Notes under the pieces: model-generated
What the model saw: the letters and a program-made list of their open reading frames with translations, nothing else
Database searches by the model: none
Told to the model about the DNA's origin: nothing
In this document: piece by piece, positions 17,267 through 26,064 of the stretch
Numbering within the stretch: position 1 is the stretch's first letter
Layout of the letters: each line of letters starts with the position of its first letter
Made by a program: the position numbers and the translations under genes
IMG/VR virus record: IMGVR_UViG_3300038318_000020
Span: 1 to 26,064 of that record
Direction: 5' to 3' (one strand)
Length of the DNA stretch: 26,064 bases
DNA from: a virus
Taxonomy: Duplodnaviria; Caudoviricetes

Positions 17267-17292
17267 GATAATATCTTAGCCTTTATTTTTTA
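17261..17292 (+). terminator. intrinsic terminator after the tail tube gene
   Basis: GGCTAGGAT-aat-ATCTTAGCC followed by TTTATTTTTT. Confidence 0.75.
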
Positions 17293-17363
17293 TATTAAAG
17301 GAGGAATGAGCAACGCTGGGTAACAATGTTAAAATTCAACAAGAAGATTGCTACAAAGCAAGA

Positions 17364-17549
17364 GTGTTTATTGATGATGTAGAAGTTAAAGGAGTAACCA
17401 ATATTAAATATTCAATTGATGTAAATAATGCACCAGTTGTAAAACTTGAATTTGTTCCTGGAACTTTAAATAACGAAAATAAAATTAGTGTAAGTTTAGA
17501 TAGTGAAAAATTAGCGGATGAAGTAATAAAACGAGGAATCCAGGAGTGA
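17364..17549 (+). CDS. hypothetical protein (start may be upstream, near CTG 17316)
   Basis: Frame is open upstream of 17364; the strong AGGAGG lies at 17299-17304. Confidence 0.55.
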   Translation: MFIDDVEVKGVTNIKYSIDVNNAPVVKLEFVPGTLNNENKISVSLDSEKLADEVIKRGIQE

Positions 17550-17589
17550 AAAAGGTTTAATAAAAACTGCTTTTAAGGAGGAAAAATGA

Positions 17590-17910
17590 ATGGGCTATTA
17601 TCCAATTAAATTAGATAAAATAAGGAATCTTAAATATGGCATGAGAGCCATTGACTTAATAGAAAAGAAATTTGGGTGCCCTATAATGAAGATAAAGGGC
17701 ATTGAAGATGGAACCTTGACTATGAAAGAATATGCTACTCTTATTTGGGCAGGATTAGCACATGAAGACAAGGAACTGACACCAGATAAGGTAATGGACC
17801 TTATAGATGAATATTCATCTATAACAAAAGTTACACAGGATATGTGGAAAGCTCTAAATGAAGTATTTGTTGAGGAAGAAGATAAAGAAGATGAAGGAAA
17901 AAACAAATAG
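17590..17910 (+). CDS. tail assembly chaperone (lambda gpG-like)
   Basis: LIWAGL.HED.ELT motif; ends EGKN at a slippery site. Confidence 0.85.
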   Translation: MGYYPIKLDKIRNLKYGMRAIDLIEKKFGCPIMKIKGIEDGTLTMKEYATLIWAGLAHEDKELTPDKVMDLIDEYSSITKVTQDMWKALNEVFVEEEDKEDEGKNK

Positions 17911-18242
17911 AAGATGGTGAGCAGGAGCCTTTTACTATAAAGGGGGCTAAAAAACTTGCCATCTCTATTGGTATTCCCATTAGTGAATTCTGGGAAATGA
18001 CACCAGATGAATTAAATTTGTCGGCTGAAATCTATGCAGAGAAAAAGAAACAAGATGAACAAAATTTAATAATACAAGCCTATCTAATCAGTAGATGGGT
18101 ATGGGCGAAAGAAGTGCCTATAGAAAGAATATTAGAGGATATGGGAAATAAACAAGAAAATAAAATTATGACTGATGAGGCTATGCTTAAACAGGTTATG
18201 ATATTAAATAATATTTTTGGTGGAGAGGTAAAAGAGAAATAG
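17898..18242 (+). CDS. gpT-like -1 frameshift extension of the tail chaperone
   Basis: A AAA AAC heptamer at 17898-17904; the -1 frame is open through ...IPISEFWEMTPDEL... to 18242. Confidence 0.82.
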   Translation, partial: KKQIEDGEQEPFTIKGAKKLAISIGIPISEFWEMTPDELNLSAEIYAEKKKQDEQNLIIQAYLISRWVWAKEVPIERILEDMGNKQENKIMTDEAMLKQVMILNNIFGGEVKEK

Positions 18243-18259
18243 CACCTTAACAGGTGCTA
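18240..18259. terminator. hairpin between convergent stop codons
   Basis: TAGCACCT-taac-AGGTGCTA perfect 8-bp stem containing both TAG stops. Confidence 0.6.
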
Positions 18260-18745
18260 TAGTATTTTAGATTTAACTTTAATTTTATTGATAAAGCCTA
18301 TCATTTCCATACTATCAGAGAATGCAGTTTTAGGAATAAGTAAACTATCGCCCGGATTAAATCTAATGAAAATAAAATAATCATTAACAAAGGTTACCTC
18401 TTCTATTTCATTAAACTTGTAAGAAGTAGTCCTAGTTGAATTAGTCACAGTTAGATGGTTTTCATCAATTTCAATTATTCTTTCATCCTTAGTATCAATT
18501 TTATTAAGATATTTTTTCTTTAGTAATTTGGGAGATTTTAAAATTAAGTAGATTACTACTAGAAATACAATTATAGGTATGGCAAATGAATAATCCTTAG
18601 CAATTAAAGCCAATAACAGTATTGCTATTAAAGCAAAGCCACCTATAAATAGCAATAATTTTGGAATAGTTTTGTTTTTGGCACTAAAATCACTTGAGAC
18701 ATATTTCTTTAAATCTTCTTCGGTGATGCTATAGGTTATTTTCAT
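18257..18745 (-). CDS. YcxB-like membrane protein (moron)
   Basis: Two hydrophobic helices, then YKFNEIEEV...LLIPKTAF; AAGGAGTG RBS. Confidence 0.78.
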   Translation of the reverse strand: MKITYSITEEDLKKYVSSDFSAKNKTIPKLLLFIGGFALIAILLLALIAKDYSFAIPIIVFLVVIYLILKSPKLLKKKYLNKIDTKDERIIEIDENHLTVTNSTRTTSYKFNEIEEVTFVNDYFIFIRFNPGDSLLIPKTAFSDSMEMIGFINKIKVKSKIL

Positions 18746-18770
18746 AATATCACTCCTTGCTTTTTACTAA

Positions 18771-18799
18771 ATAATATCATAGAAGAAGGGGAAAATCAA
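18771..18799 (-). promoter_or_regulatory. sigma-A promoter for the YcxB-like gene
   Basis: TTGATT-17 bp-TATTAT with extended TG on the - strand. Confidence 0.6.
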
Positions 18800-18805
18800 A
18801 AGAAT

Positions 18806-18835
18806 AAAAGCCCACTATTTAGAAGTAGGCTTTTT
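18806..18835 (-). terminator. terminator after the RHH gene
   Basis: AAAAGCCCACT...AGTAGGCTTTT inverted repeat with T-runs in both directions. Confidence 0.6.
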
Positions 18836-18979
18836 GTATTCATCTAAAACTAATTCTATACCTCTATCTAGCAATCTAGACATTGGTATCATAGTTTCTT
18901 TAGATAGTTTTTTTAATTGTTGGAATAATTTTTTGTCAACAGCATTACCTATTCTTATTCTATTTTTTAAGTCAGACAT
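18815..18979 (-). CDS. ribbon-helix-helix DNA-binding protein (54 aa; absent from the ORF track)
   Basis: MSDLKNRIRIGNAVDKKLFQQLKKLSKETMIPMSRLLDRGIELVLDEYKKPTSK; AGGAGG RBS at 18987-18992; beta-helix-helix pattern. Confidence 0.85.
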   Translation of the reverse strand: MSDLKNRIRIGNAVDKKLFQQLKKLSKETMIPMSRLLDRGIELVLDEYKKPTSK

Positions 18980-18998
18980 AATGGCACCTCCTATTATT

Positions 18999-19058
18999 CT
19001 ATATTATACTACTTACTTAATATACTTGCAACTTATAGCAGTTTATAGTATAATATAG
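18999..19058. promoter_or_regulatory. symmetric bidirectional promoter sharing one palindromic -35
   Basis: TTGCAA 19026-19031 is 17 bp from TATAAT on both strands (19049-19054 +, 19003-19008 -); 13-bp inverted repeat 18999-19011/19046-19058. Confidence 0.8.
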
Positions 19059-19076
19059 TAAAGGGGGAAGAAAAGA

Positions 19077-19973
19077 ATGGAGTACAAAAGAGAATTAATA
19101 GAAAATAAAATGGTAGTTTATGCTATCACTAATAAAATCAATGGTAAAAAGTATATAGGAATTACAACTAATTCATTTGCAGAAAGGTATCCGCATGGAA
19201 TAAGAGCACATCATAACCCACATTTGAGAAATTCAGTTAAAAAATATGGACAAGAGAATTTTGAAGTAATGCTACTAGAAAAGAAAGTAGAAAATATGGA
19301 AACTTTATGTAAGCTAGAAATGAAATATATAGAAAAATATGATACTTGTAATGCGGACAAGGGTTATAATAAATCCTTGGGCGGTCTTGGGGTAAGGCAA
19401 ACAGAAAGAAGCGAAGAACATTGCAGGAACATTAGTATAGCTAAAAAGAAAATAGGTTTAAATACACTAACTAGAATGACACCAGAGGCAATAAAAAAGA
19501 GAAACGCTAAAATAAGTAAAGCTATGAAAGGTAAAAATAATCCTGCATGGCGTGGAGGCGTAAGTTATAAAAGAAAGCTTAAGGGGTTGTCTAAAGAAGA
19601 AGGGTATAAAATAGATGGCATAAGCCTCAGCACACGCGAAAAATTGAGACAAGCATCATTAGGTGAAAATAACCCTATGTATGGAAAAAATATCAAGGAT
19701 TATATGACGGAAGAAGAATACGAGGAATGGAAAATCAAAGTTGCTAATCCAGGGGCTAAAAATGGAATGGCAAGGAAGGCAGTAATTATATACAAAAACC
19801 AAAAATACGAATTTGACTATGCACAAGAAGGCATAGACTACTTTAAGAACAAAGGTGAGCACATAACAAGATATTGGTTTTACAATGGGGTTACAGAAAA
19901 ATACAAGGATAAGTTTCAATTTGTTGGTTATATAGAAGATTATGAGGAATACATAAAGGCATTGGCTAAATAG
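19077..19973 (+). CDS. free-standing GIY-YIG endonuclease with NUMOD3-like repeats
   Basis: VVYAITNKINGKKYIGIT, HNPHLRNSVKKYG, LEMKYI, GYN; GKNNPAW and GENNPMYGK motifs. Confidence 0.9.
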   Translation: MEYKRELIENKMVVYAITNKINGKKYIGITTNSFAERYPHGIRAHHNPHLRNSVKKYGQENFEVMLLEKKVENMETLCKLEMKYIEKYDTCNADKGYNKSLGGLGVRQTERSEEHCRNISIAKKKIGLNTLTRMTPEAIKKRNAKISKAMKGKNNPAWRGGVSYKRKLKGLSKEEGYKIDGISLSTREKLRQASLGENNPMYGKNIKDYMTEEEYEEWKIKVANPGAKNGMARKAVIIYKNQKYEFDYAQEGIDYFKNKGEHITRYWFYNGVTEKYKDKFQFVGYIEDYEEYIKALAK

Positions 19974-19988
19974 CTAGTGCCTTTTATT
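19955..19988 (+). terminator. intrinsic terminator
   Basis: AAAGGCATTGGCTA-aa-TAGCTAGTGCCTTT followed by TATT. Confidence 0.7.
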
Positions 19989-20012
19989 ATGCAAAGAAAG
20001 GGGGAATCTTTA

Positions 20013-22452
20013 ATGGCGAAGTCCAACTTCATCGTTAGAGGAGGTGCCTGACTTTTCGGGCATCAAAACCGAAATGGATAAGACCCAAAAACAATTTAAA
20101 GGTTTCCAAGCATCTTTTAGCAGTGGCTTAAAGACAATAGGTAAAATAACAGGGATAACATTAGGTGCAAAAGCAATTGTAGATTTTGGAAAGGCGGCAA
20201 TAAAAGCTTCATCTGACCTAGAAGAAATACAAAACGTAACCAATACTGTATTTGGTAATATGGCCAAAGATGTAGATAATTTTTCTAAAAACCTAATAGA
20301 AAGTTATGGTATTGGTGAATTAAGTGCAAAGAAATATACATCCTACATGGGAGCAATGCTTAAATCTTCTGGTATATCAGGAAAAGCAGTTAAAGAAATG
20401 TCTGAGAATTTAACACTTCTTATTGCTGACATGGCATCCTTTTATAACCTAGGAACTGATGAAATGTTTCAAAAGCTTATGTCTGGTATGACTGGTGCAA
20501 CAATGCCTTTGAAACAATTAGGTATAAATATGAATGTAGCTAATCTTGAAGCATTTGCATTAAGTCAAGGGATCCGTAAGAGTTGGCAGGAAATGAACCA
20601 GGCTGAACAGGTAATGCTGAGATATAACTATCTTATGGCGGTAACTGGAGATGCTCAAGGCGATTTTGCTAGAAATAACGATACCTGGGCAAATAGTGTA
20701 AAAATATTGAAAGAAAAATGGCAGGAGTTCTTAGGAATTGCAGGTAAAGGATTACAAGAAATATTATTGCCAGTTGTTAAATTCCTAACAAAAGTCTTAG
20801 ATATATTAATAAAAATATCTACAGCAGTTGAAAAAGTATTTGCAATAATAACTGGTAAGAAGGTAGATGTAGAGCCAAACCAAGTTGGAGCAGTGCAAGA
20901 CTATACCGATACAATTGGAGATATGGAAGGGATCTCTAAAGATGCAGCTAAAGGCCAAAAGGATTTAGGCAAAGGGATTAAGGATGCTGCCAAAGCTGCT
21001 AAAGGTGCATTAGCTCCATTCGACGAACTAAATATATTGCAACAAAATTCGGCTGATGCCGGAGCAGGTGGAGGATTAGATGGATTGAATCTTAACAATG
21101 ATTTTAAAGTAAAACCAGTAGATGATACAGGTGGATTTAAAAAAGCCAAAGATGAAGGAAACAAATTTTTTGTGTGGTTTGGCGATAAGTGGAACAGGTT
21201 AAAAGAAATGGTAGCAATCCCAATAATGGTGGCTGAACCAGTATTTCCGACTATACCAAGTCCTGTTTATAATCCAGATTGGGGCTTAGATTTACCACAA
21301 ATACCAGCACCTTTATTTCCGCCTATTCCAGCACCAGTTTATGAACCAGTATGGAACTTAATCCCTCCACCAGTGCCAGCGGTAGATTATTCCCAATATG
21401 CATTTTCTCTAGAAAAAATGAAAATTAGAACTTCTGAGGTATTTGTAAGAATACAAGAAAATGTTGGTATTGCTTTAGAAACCTTAAATACTAATATAGG
21501 ACTTAGTTACGAATGGTTGAAAGAAACTACAGCAGGCTTACTGCTTGGGTTAGAAACAAATGTTACAGCTGCAATGGAAAGAATGAATGTAAATATTAGC
21601 ACAGTTTTAGAAACAATAGAAACTAACTATGGAATACACAAAAAAAATGTTGCTACTCTTGCAACAGGTATTGCTACAGTATTAGTAACTAATATAAATA
21701 AAGGTTTATCTACTATGGGGGCAAATACAAATAAGACTATAGAAACAATAGAAACTAACCTACAAACTTTTGGAAAGAATGTAGGAAATATTGCAGTAGA
21801 AATCGCAAAAGGATTTGCAAACAATTTAAGTGAAGGATTCAAAACAGCTAGCCAAAACTTTGCTACATTTGCTAATAGTGTAGGTAGAAACCTAAGTGCT
21901 TTCGGAAGTGGATTTCTGAGGGCAAGTGCTGAAACAGCGAAGGGATTTGTGAGTAACATGGTAAGTGGGTTCGCTAAGGTATGGGATAACTTTAAGAATT
22001 TAATGGCTGGATTAGGGGAAAGAGTAAGCGGATGGTTTAGTGCAAACAAAGGAGTCATAACAAAAACAGCAATAACAGCAGGAATAGCAGTAGGAGCAGG
22101 AGCTTTAGCTTTAGCAGCACCAGCAGCAATACCTTATATAGCTGGGGGATTGGGTGGATTAGCTACTATACCAGCCTTCGCCAAAGGTGGTATCACAGAT
22201 GGTCCTATGTTGGCAATGGTTGGAGATAATCCAGGCGGTAAAGAAGTAGTATCGCCCTTGGAAACACTTCAAGATATGCTGGTTTCTGCAGTTGGCACCG
22301 CAATAATGGAAACTAATCAATTTGGCGGAAATAATAATCAACCAATAATAGTAAAAACATATTTAGACAGTAAAGAAGTGGCAAGAACAATCTATGACCC
22401 ACTTAAAGAGGAAACAGGCAGACGTGGGGATCCAGTTATTCAACCATTATAG
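20013..22452 (+). CDS. tail tape measure protein, with a +1 frame break after codon 12
   Basis: ASSDLEE.QN..NTVFG, ADMASFYN, LKQLGINM motifs, long amphipathic repeats, FAKGGI..GP.LAMVGD. The RBS-supported ATG 20013 frame stops at TGA 20049-20051; the long frame is +1. Confidence 0.85.
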
Positions 22453-22469
22453 AAAGGAGTAGGTAAAAC

Positions 22470-22814
22470 ATGATAAAGATAGAAGGAATAACAATCCCTA
22501 CTCCTTCTGATTACCAAGTAGGGATTATGGATTTAAGTAAAGCAGAAAGAAACGCGAGGGGTACACTTATAATTGAAAGAATTGCAACTAAGAGAAAAAT
22601 AGAATTAAGTTGGAACTATTTAGATAAAAACAAATTAAGCCAATTACTCAAATTAGTAAGCCCTGTATTTTTTCAAGTAGAATATATAGATCCACAAGAT
22701 AATATGAGAAAGACAGGGACTTTTTATGTAGGAGATAGGCATGTAGGAGCATTGGATTATAGAAATGGTAATATTCGTTATAAGGATATTAAATTCAACA
22801 TCATAGAAAGGTAG
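22470..22814 (+). CDS. putative distal tail/baseplate protein
   Basis: Position after the tape measure gene; PTPS, RNARG, FYVGDR, FNIIER motifs. Confidence 0.65.
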   Translation: MIKIEGITIPTPSDYQVGIMDLSKAERNARGTLIIERIATKRKIELSWNYLDKNKLSQLLKLVSPVFFQVEYIDPQDNMRKTGTFYVGDRHVGALDYRNGNIRYKDIKFNIIER

Positions 22815-22822
22815 GTGTAAAC

Positions 22823-24451
22823 ATGATAAAAGTAAGTCAAAAGTATAAAGAATCTGTTTATGCACTTACTAGAAGAACCACAGCCAAAGTATCCTTTGAA
22901 ATCCTAGACAATGAAGCTTATAACGATAATACTCCGATAGTAACAAGTGAAGCCCCTATAAGCAGAATAAACCAATTGACTAACAAAAAAAGAAACATGA
23001 ACCATAAATATGCTACTTTTGAGCGAGATTATTTTAAGCTTGACGGTAGCTTTTATATTCCCCCTAAACCAGGAGAAGGAGATTCAGAATTAGGTTGGTG
23101 GAGTGATGATATATGTGATGAAAATGGAGTATTTACACCATATCAAGTATTAGAATTGAACTTCACAGAAGAACATAATTCTATGGGATTGACCATTACA
23201 TTTGATAATATGGCCAAAGAATACGCCAAGGATTTTGATGTTGAAGTTTATAGGTTAGATGGTACTTTAATACACAAAGAAACGATTATAGGAAATAATG
23301 AACCTACTTATGTACTAGTACAAGGTTTAGATAACTATGGAAAGATAAAAATCGTTATAAAAAAATGGGCTAAACCATACAGAAGGGTTAGAATTACAGA
23401 AGTAGACTTTGGAGTTTTCCAGGAATATGATGATGATAAATTAATTAAATTAAATATTATCGAAGAGATGAATATTATAAGTGACAAGATTCCTTCAAAT
23501 GAGATTAGATTCACAATAGATAATAGTAGCAAGGAATTTAATATTCTTAATCCTTCTGGATTCTATAGGTTCTTAAAGGAAAGACAAGAGGTCAAAGCAT
23601 CTATAGGTATAGAAATATCAGAAGATGAATTTGAATTTATTCCCATGGGGAAATTTTATCTCACTGATTGGCAATCTGATGAAGGAGCCTTGACAACTAC
23701 ATTTATAGCAAGAGATATATTTGAATTATTAGAAGGTAAAGAATATACAAGTATAAATAATACTAATCTTTATGATTTAGCAGAGGATATTTTAATAAAA
23801 GCTAATGTAGAAAATTATTTCATAGATGAGGGATTAAGAAATATTCCTACAAGTGGATTTGAGAAACCTTTAAATAGTAGAAAAGCTTTACAATATCTAG
23901 GGATAGCTGGGAAATCTGCAATATACCAAGATAGACAAGGGACATTACAAATAGAACAATTTAAAACCCTTGATGAGAGTACAAGTTATATATATTTTGC
24001 TGGTCCTGATATGTATACAGGTATGATATATCCAATGGCAGATGAAGGCTATGACATGAAAAATATAACCTTTGATAATGTTTATAAGGAGCCACAGATT
24101 AAGCTAGATAAGCTCTTATATTCTTTGATTATGGTAGTTCATAATGGAGAAGAAGAGCAAGAAGTTACTTTCTACAATCAAGGAATTAAGGATGGAGTAT
24201 CATACAAGATAGACAATCCTCTTATAAACACTGTTGAACATGCCGGGGAAGTGGCAGAATGGATTATTGAAGAATACAATCTAAGGGCTATATATAACAT
24301 TGATTGGAGACAAAATCCCGCCCTTGAATGTGGAGATATAGTATTAGTAGAAGATAGTTTTAAAGCTAAAAAACAATCCAGGATAATTAAGCAAGAGTTC
24401 GAATATGCAGGATACCTTTCAGGCAGAACAGAGACTAAAGGTGGTGTGTAG
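22823..24451 (+). CDS. putative tail tip/baseplate hub (Tal-like) protein
   Basis: IPMGKFYL, IYQDRQGTL, WRQNPALECGDIV motifs; position. Confidence 0.65.
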   Translation: MIKVSQKYKESVYALTRRTTAKVSFEILDNEAYNDNTPIVTSEAPISRINQLTNKKRNMNHKYATFERDYFKLDGSFYIPPKPGEGDSELGWWSDDICDENGVFTPYQVLELNFTEEHNSMGLTITFDNMAKEYAKDFDVEVYRLDGTLIHKETIIGNNEPTYVLVQGLDNYGKIKIVIKKWAKPYRRVRITEVDFGVFQEYDDDKLIKLNIIEEMNIISDKIPSNEIRFTIDNSSKEFNILNPSGFYRFLKERQEVKASIGIEISEDEFEFIPMGKFYLTDWQSDEGALTTTFIARDIFELLEGKEYTSINNTNLYDLAEDILIKANVENYFIDEGLRNIPTSGFEKPLNSRKALQYLGIAGKSAIYQDRQGTLQIEQFKTLDESTSYIYFAGPDMYTGMIYPMADEGYDMKNITFDNVYKEPQIKLDKLLYSLIMVVHNGEEEQEVTFYNQGIKDGVSYKIDNPLINTVEHAGEVAEWIIEEYNLRAIYNIDWRQNPALECGDIVLVEDSFKAKKQSRIIKQEFEYAGYLSGRTETKGGV

Positions 24452-24453
24452 AC

Positions 24454-24852
24454 ATGTCATGGCAAGAACCTAAGACTAGTTGGAATAGTGAAGATTACTA
24501 TAATTTTGAAGACTTAAATAGGGTAGAAAATAACACTAAAATTGTAGCAGGGTTAGTAAAGTTATTTGACAGAATTCCCGATTTGGAAACAAATACAAAT
24601 AGAGACATGAGTAGTATTGAATTTGCAGAAAGTTTAAATAGGATAGAAAATAATATAAAAATATTAGGAGAAAGAAGGATATTACCTGGGTGGATTTCTC
24701 CTAAGATGGATTGGGAATATAATCAAAGATTTAGTCATGTAGATGCTAATAGGCTAGAGAGGAATTTGGAATTACTATATAAGCATTACAAAGGAAATTC
24801 AAGCTTGTTCCAATACTGTGGAGCTTATACATGTGGAGAGGAAGTGATATAA
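24454..24852 (+). CDS. minor tail protein (internal DLNRVENN/DANRLERN repeat)
   Basis: W..PKT.W....Y.N..D.NR.E motif occurs twice; operon position. Confidence 0.6.
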   Translation: MSWQEPKTSWNSEDYYNFEDLNRVENNTKIVAGLVKLFDRIPDLETNTNRDMSSIEFAESLNRIENNIKILGERRILPGWISPKMDWEYNQRFSHVDANRLERNLELLYKHYKGNSSLFQYCGAYTCGEEVI

Positions 24853-25929
24853 ATGGCATATGAAAAAACAGTATGGAAGAATAGAGAGGTCGAGAAACCT
24901 CGAACATTTACAAAAGTTGATAATCCTGATGGTACAATTACACTGACACCGGCGGAGGGAAACATAATTGAGCCTGGAACACCCATTATTGCCTCAAATA
25001 TGAATAAAATTGAAGATGAAATAGAATTACTTGATACTCACCCATCATCTATTGCTTCTCCAACATCACTAGGTCATGTTAAAATTGGCAGTGGTATAAA
25101 CATGGATTCAAATGGGGTAATTTCAGTACCGCCGATTAAAAATGTTACTGTGTATGATGAACTTGAACTATATATTGATGCCAATAATGGGAATGATAAT
25201 AATAATGGTTCACAAAGTAGTCCTTTTAAAACAATCCAAAAAGCTATTGATATTATGTGCACAGGTGAGATTATTGCTACGATATTATATATAAATTGTG
25301 CCCCTGGGACATATGACGCCCCAGTTGGGTATAGTATGCGTAAGGTCCTTGCAAATATAATAGCTATAGCAGCCACAGAAACGACCAATGCAAATACTTT
25401 TATGAATGGTACATTAAATGTTGATGATATGCCAGGGAAAACAGTTAGAGTTTCGCGTTTTACGTTTACAGATGCAATAATTGGCTCTCGTCAACCTGCA
25501 AATTTATATTTATATGGCATAAAGTCGATTAATGCTCAATTTGCTGTAGAATTAGACGATGGCGGATATTTATATGTTTTAGGTTGTGAACTAAATAGTC
25601 AAATATCAGCAATTCATTGCGAAAATGTTAGTAATGTTACAATTGTGGGTAGTAGTACAAAATTGACCGCTAAATATGGTCCAACAATAGATTTGAACTC
25701 AGTAGGTTCTGCAAAAATAGATGGCATAACACTTGCTATAACAATTCCCAGTACAAATGGAGCTGCCATATGTGCAAGATATGGAACTACTCTATATGCT
25801 AGCGGTATAAAAGGAACTCTTGGAGCAAGCCCAGTATTTCAATCCTCTGGTTCAATTATATTTAAAGATAGTATAACGGCAACAGGTGCTGCTGATGTTA
25901 AGGACAAGGGTGGGCAAATATTTAGTTAA
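24853..25929 (+). CDS. receptor-binding tail fibre/spike with pectin-lyase-like beta-helix
   Basis: Anchor MAYEKTVW...GTPIIASNMNKIE, ASPTSLGHVKIG fibre repeat, YIDANNGNDNNNGSQSSPFKTIQKAID beta-helix cap. Confidence 0.72.
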   Translation: MAYEKTVWKNREVEKPRTFTKVDNPDGTITLTPAEGNIIEPGTPIIASNMNKIEDEIELLDTHPSSIASPTSLGHVKIGSGINMDSNGVISVPPIKNVTVYDELELYIDANNGNDNNNGSQSSPFKTIQKAIDIMCTGEIIATILYINCAPGTYDAPVGYSMRKVLANIIAIAATETTNANTFMNGTLNVDDMPGKTVRVSRFTFTDAIIGSRQPANLYLYGIKSINAQFAVELDDGGYLYVLGCELNSQISAIHCENVSNVTIVGSSTKLTAKYGPTIDLNSVGSAKIDGITLAITIPSTNGAAICARYGTTLYASGIKGTLGASPVFQSSGSIIFKDSITATGAADVKDKGGQIFS

Positions 25930-26064
25930 TATTTAATATAAAGTCGAATTTTGTAGATAAATGACTAAAAAAAATTTAATATTTTACCTCCTTTTTTTTA
26001 TATTTTTTTTATTACGCAAATATATATGTGTATAAAAAATAAAAGAAAGGAGTTTTATTATGCT

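Noticed and set aside
18834-19058. 74-aa plus-strand ORF
   Set aside because: Shadow of the minus-strand RHH gene and the promoter region.
21608-21759. 20-bp direct repeat TAGAAACAATAGAAACTAAC, 132 bp apart
   Set aside because: Consistent with ordinary 11/22-residue tape-measure periodicity.
1641-25388. Other short minus-strand ORFs inside long genes (e.g. 1641, 3677, 6994, 10276, 13907, 17598, 21627, 25074)
   Set aside because: Antisense shadows fully overlapping well-supported genes, without recognisable motifs.
24853-26064. Diversity-generating retroelement or invertible tail-fibre switch
   Set aside because: No reverse transcriptase, template/variable repeat pair or invertase is visible; sequence beyond the window cannot be judged.
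26046-26064. Next gene start (AAGGAG...ATG 26060)
   Set aside because: Only five coding bases are visible, so no call is possible.

Overview
An AT-rich, HK97/lambda-like siphovirus or prophage segment from a low-GC Gram-positive host (probably clostridial; inferred from sigma-A promoters and strong GGAGG/AGGTG ribosome-binding sites). Nearly all genes are on the + strand. Order: replication module (family B DNA polymerase, primase-SF3 helicase, iteron-like ori repeats, phage beta-clamp), RinA/ArpU-type late activator, packaging (HNH, TerS, TerL split by a group I intron carrying a GIY-YIG gene), head (portal, ClpP-like protease, capsid), neck and tail genes, and a beta-helix receptor-binding protein. 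Several self-contained cassettes interrupt the late operon. The main observation is that two unrelated free-standing nuclease genes (HNH at 6773, Vsr/DUF559-like at 11271) follow the same unit: an extended -10 promoter, a covarying three-way-junction RNA whose CCGAA loop is complementary to downstream (T)CGG sites including the RBS, and a terminator after the gene. Also notable are a symmetric bidirectional promoter between an RHH gene and a GIY-YIG gene, a ~47-bp IS200/IS605 remnant, an ORF between 18-bp direct repeats, and a +1 frame break at the start of the tape measure gene. All calls come from reading the sequence and motifs; no database searches were run.
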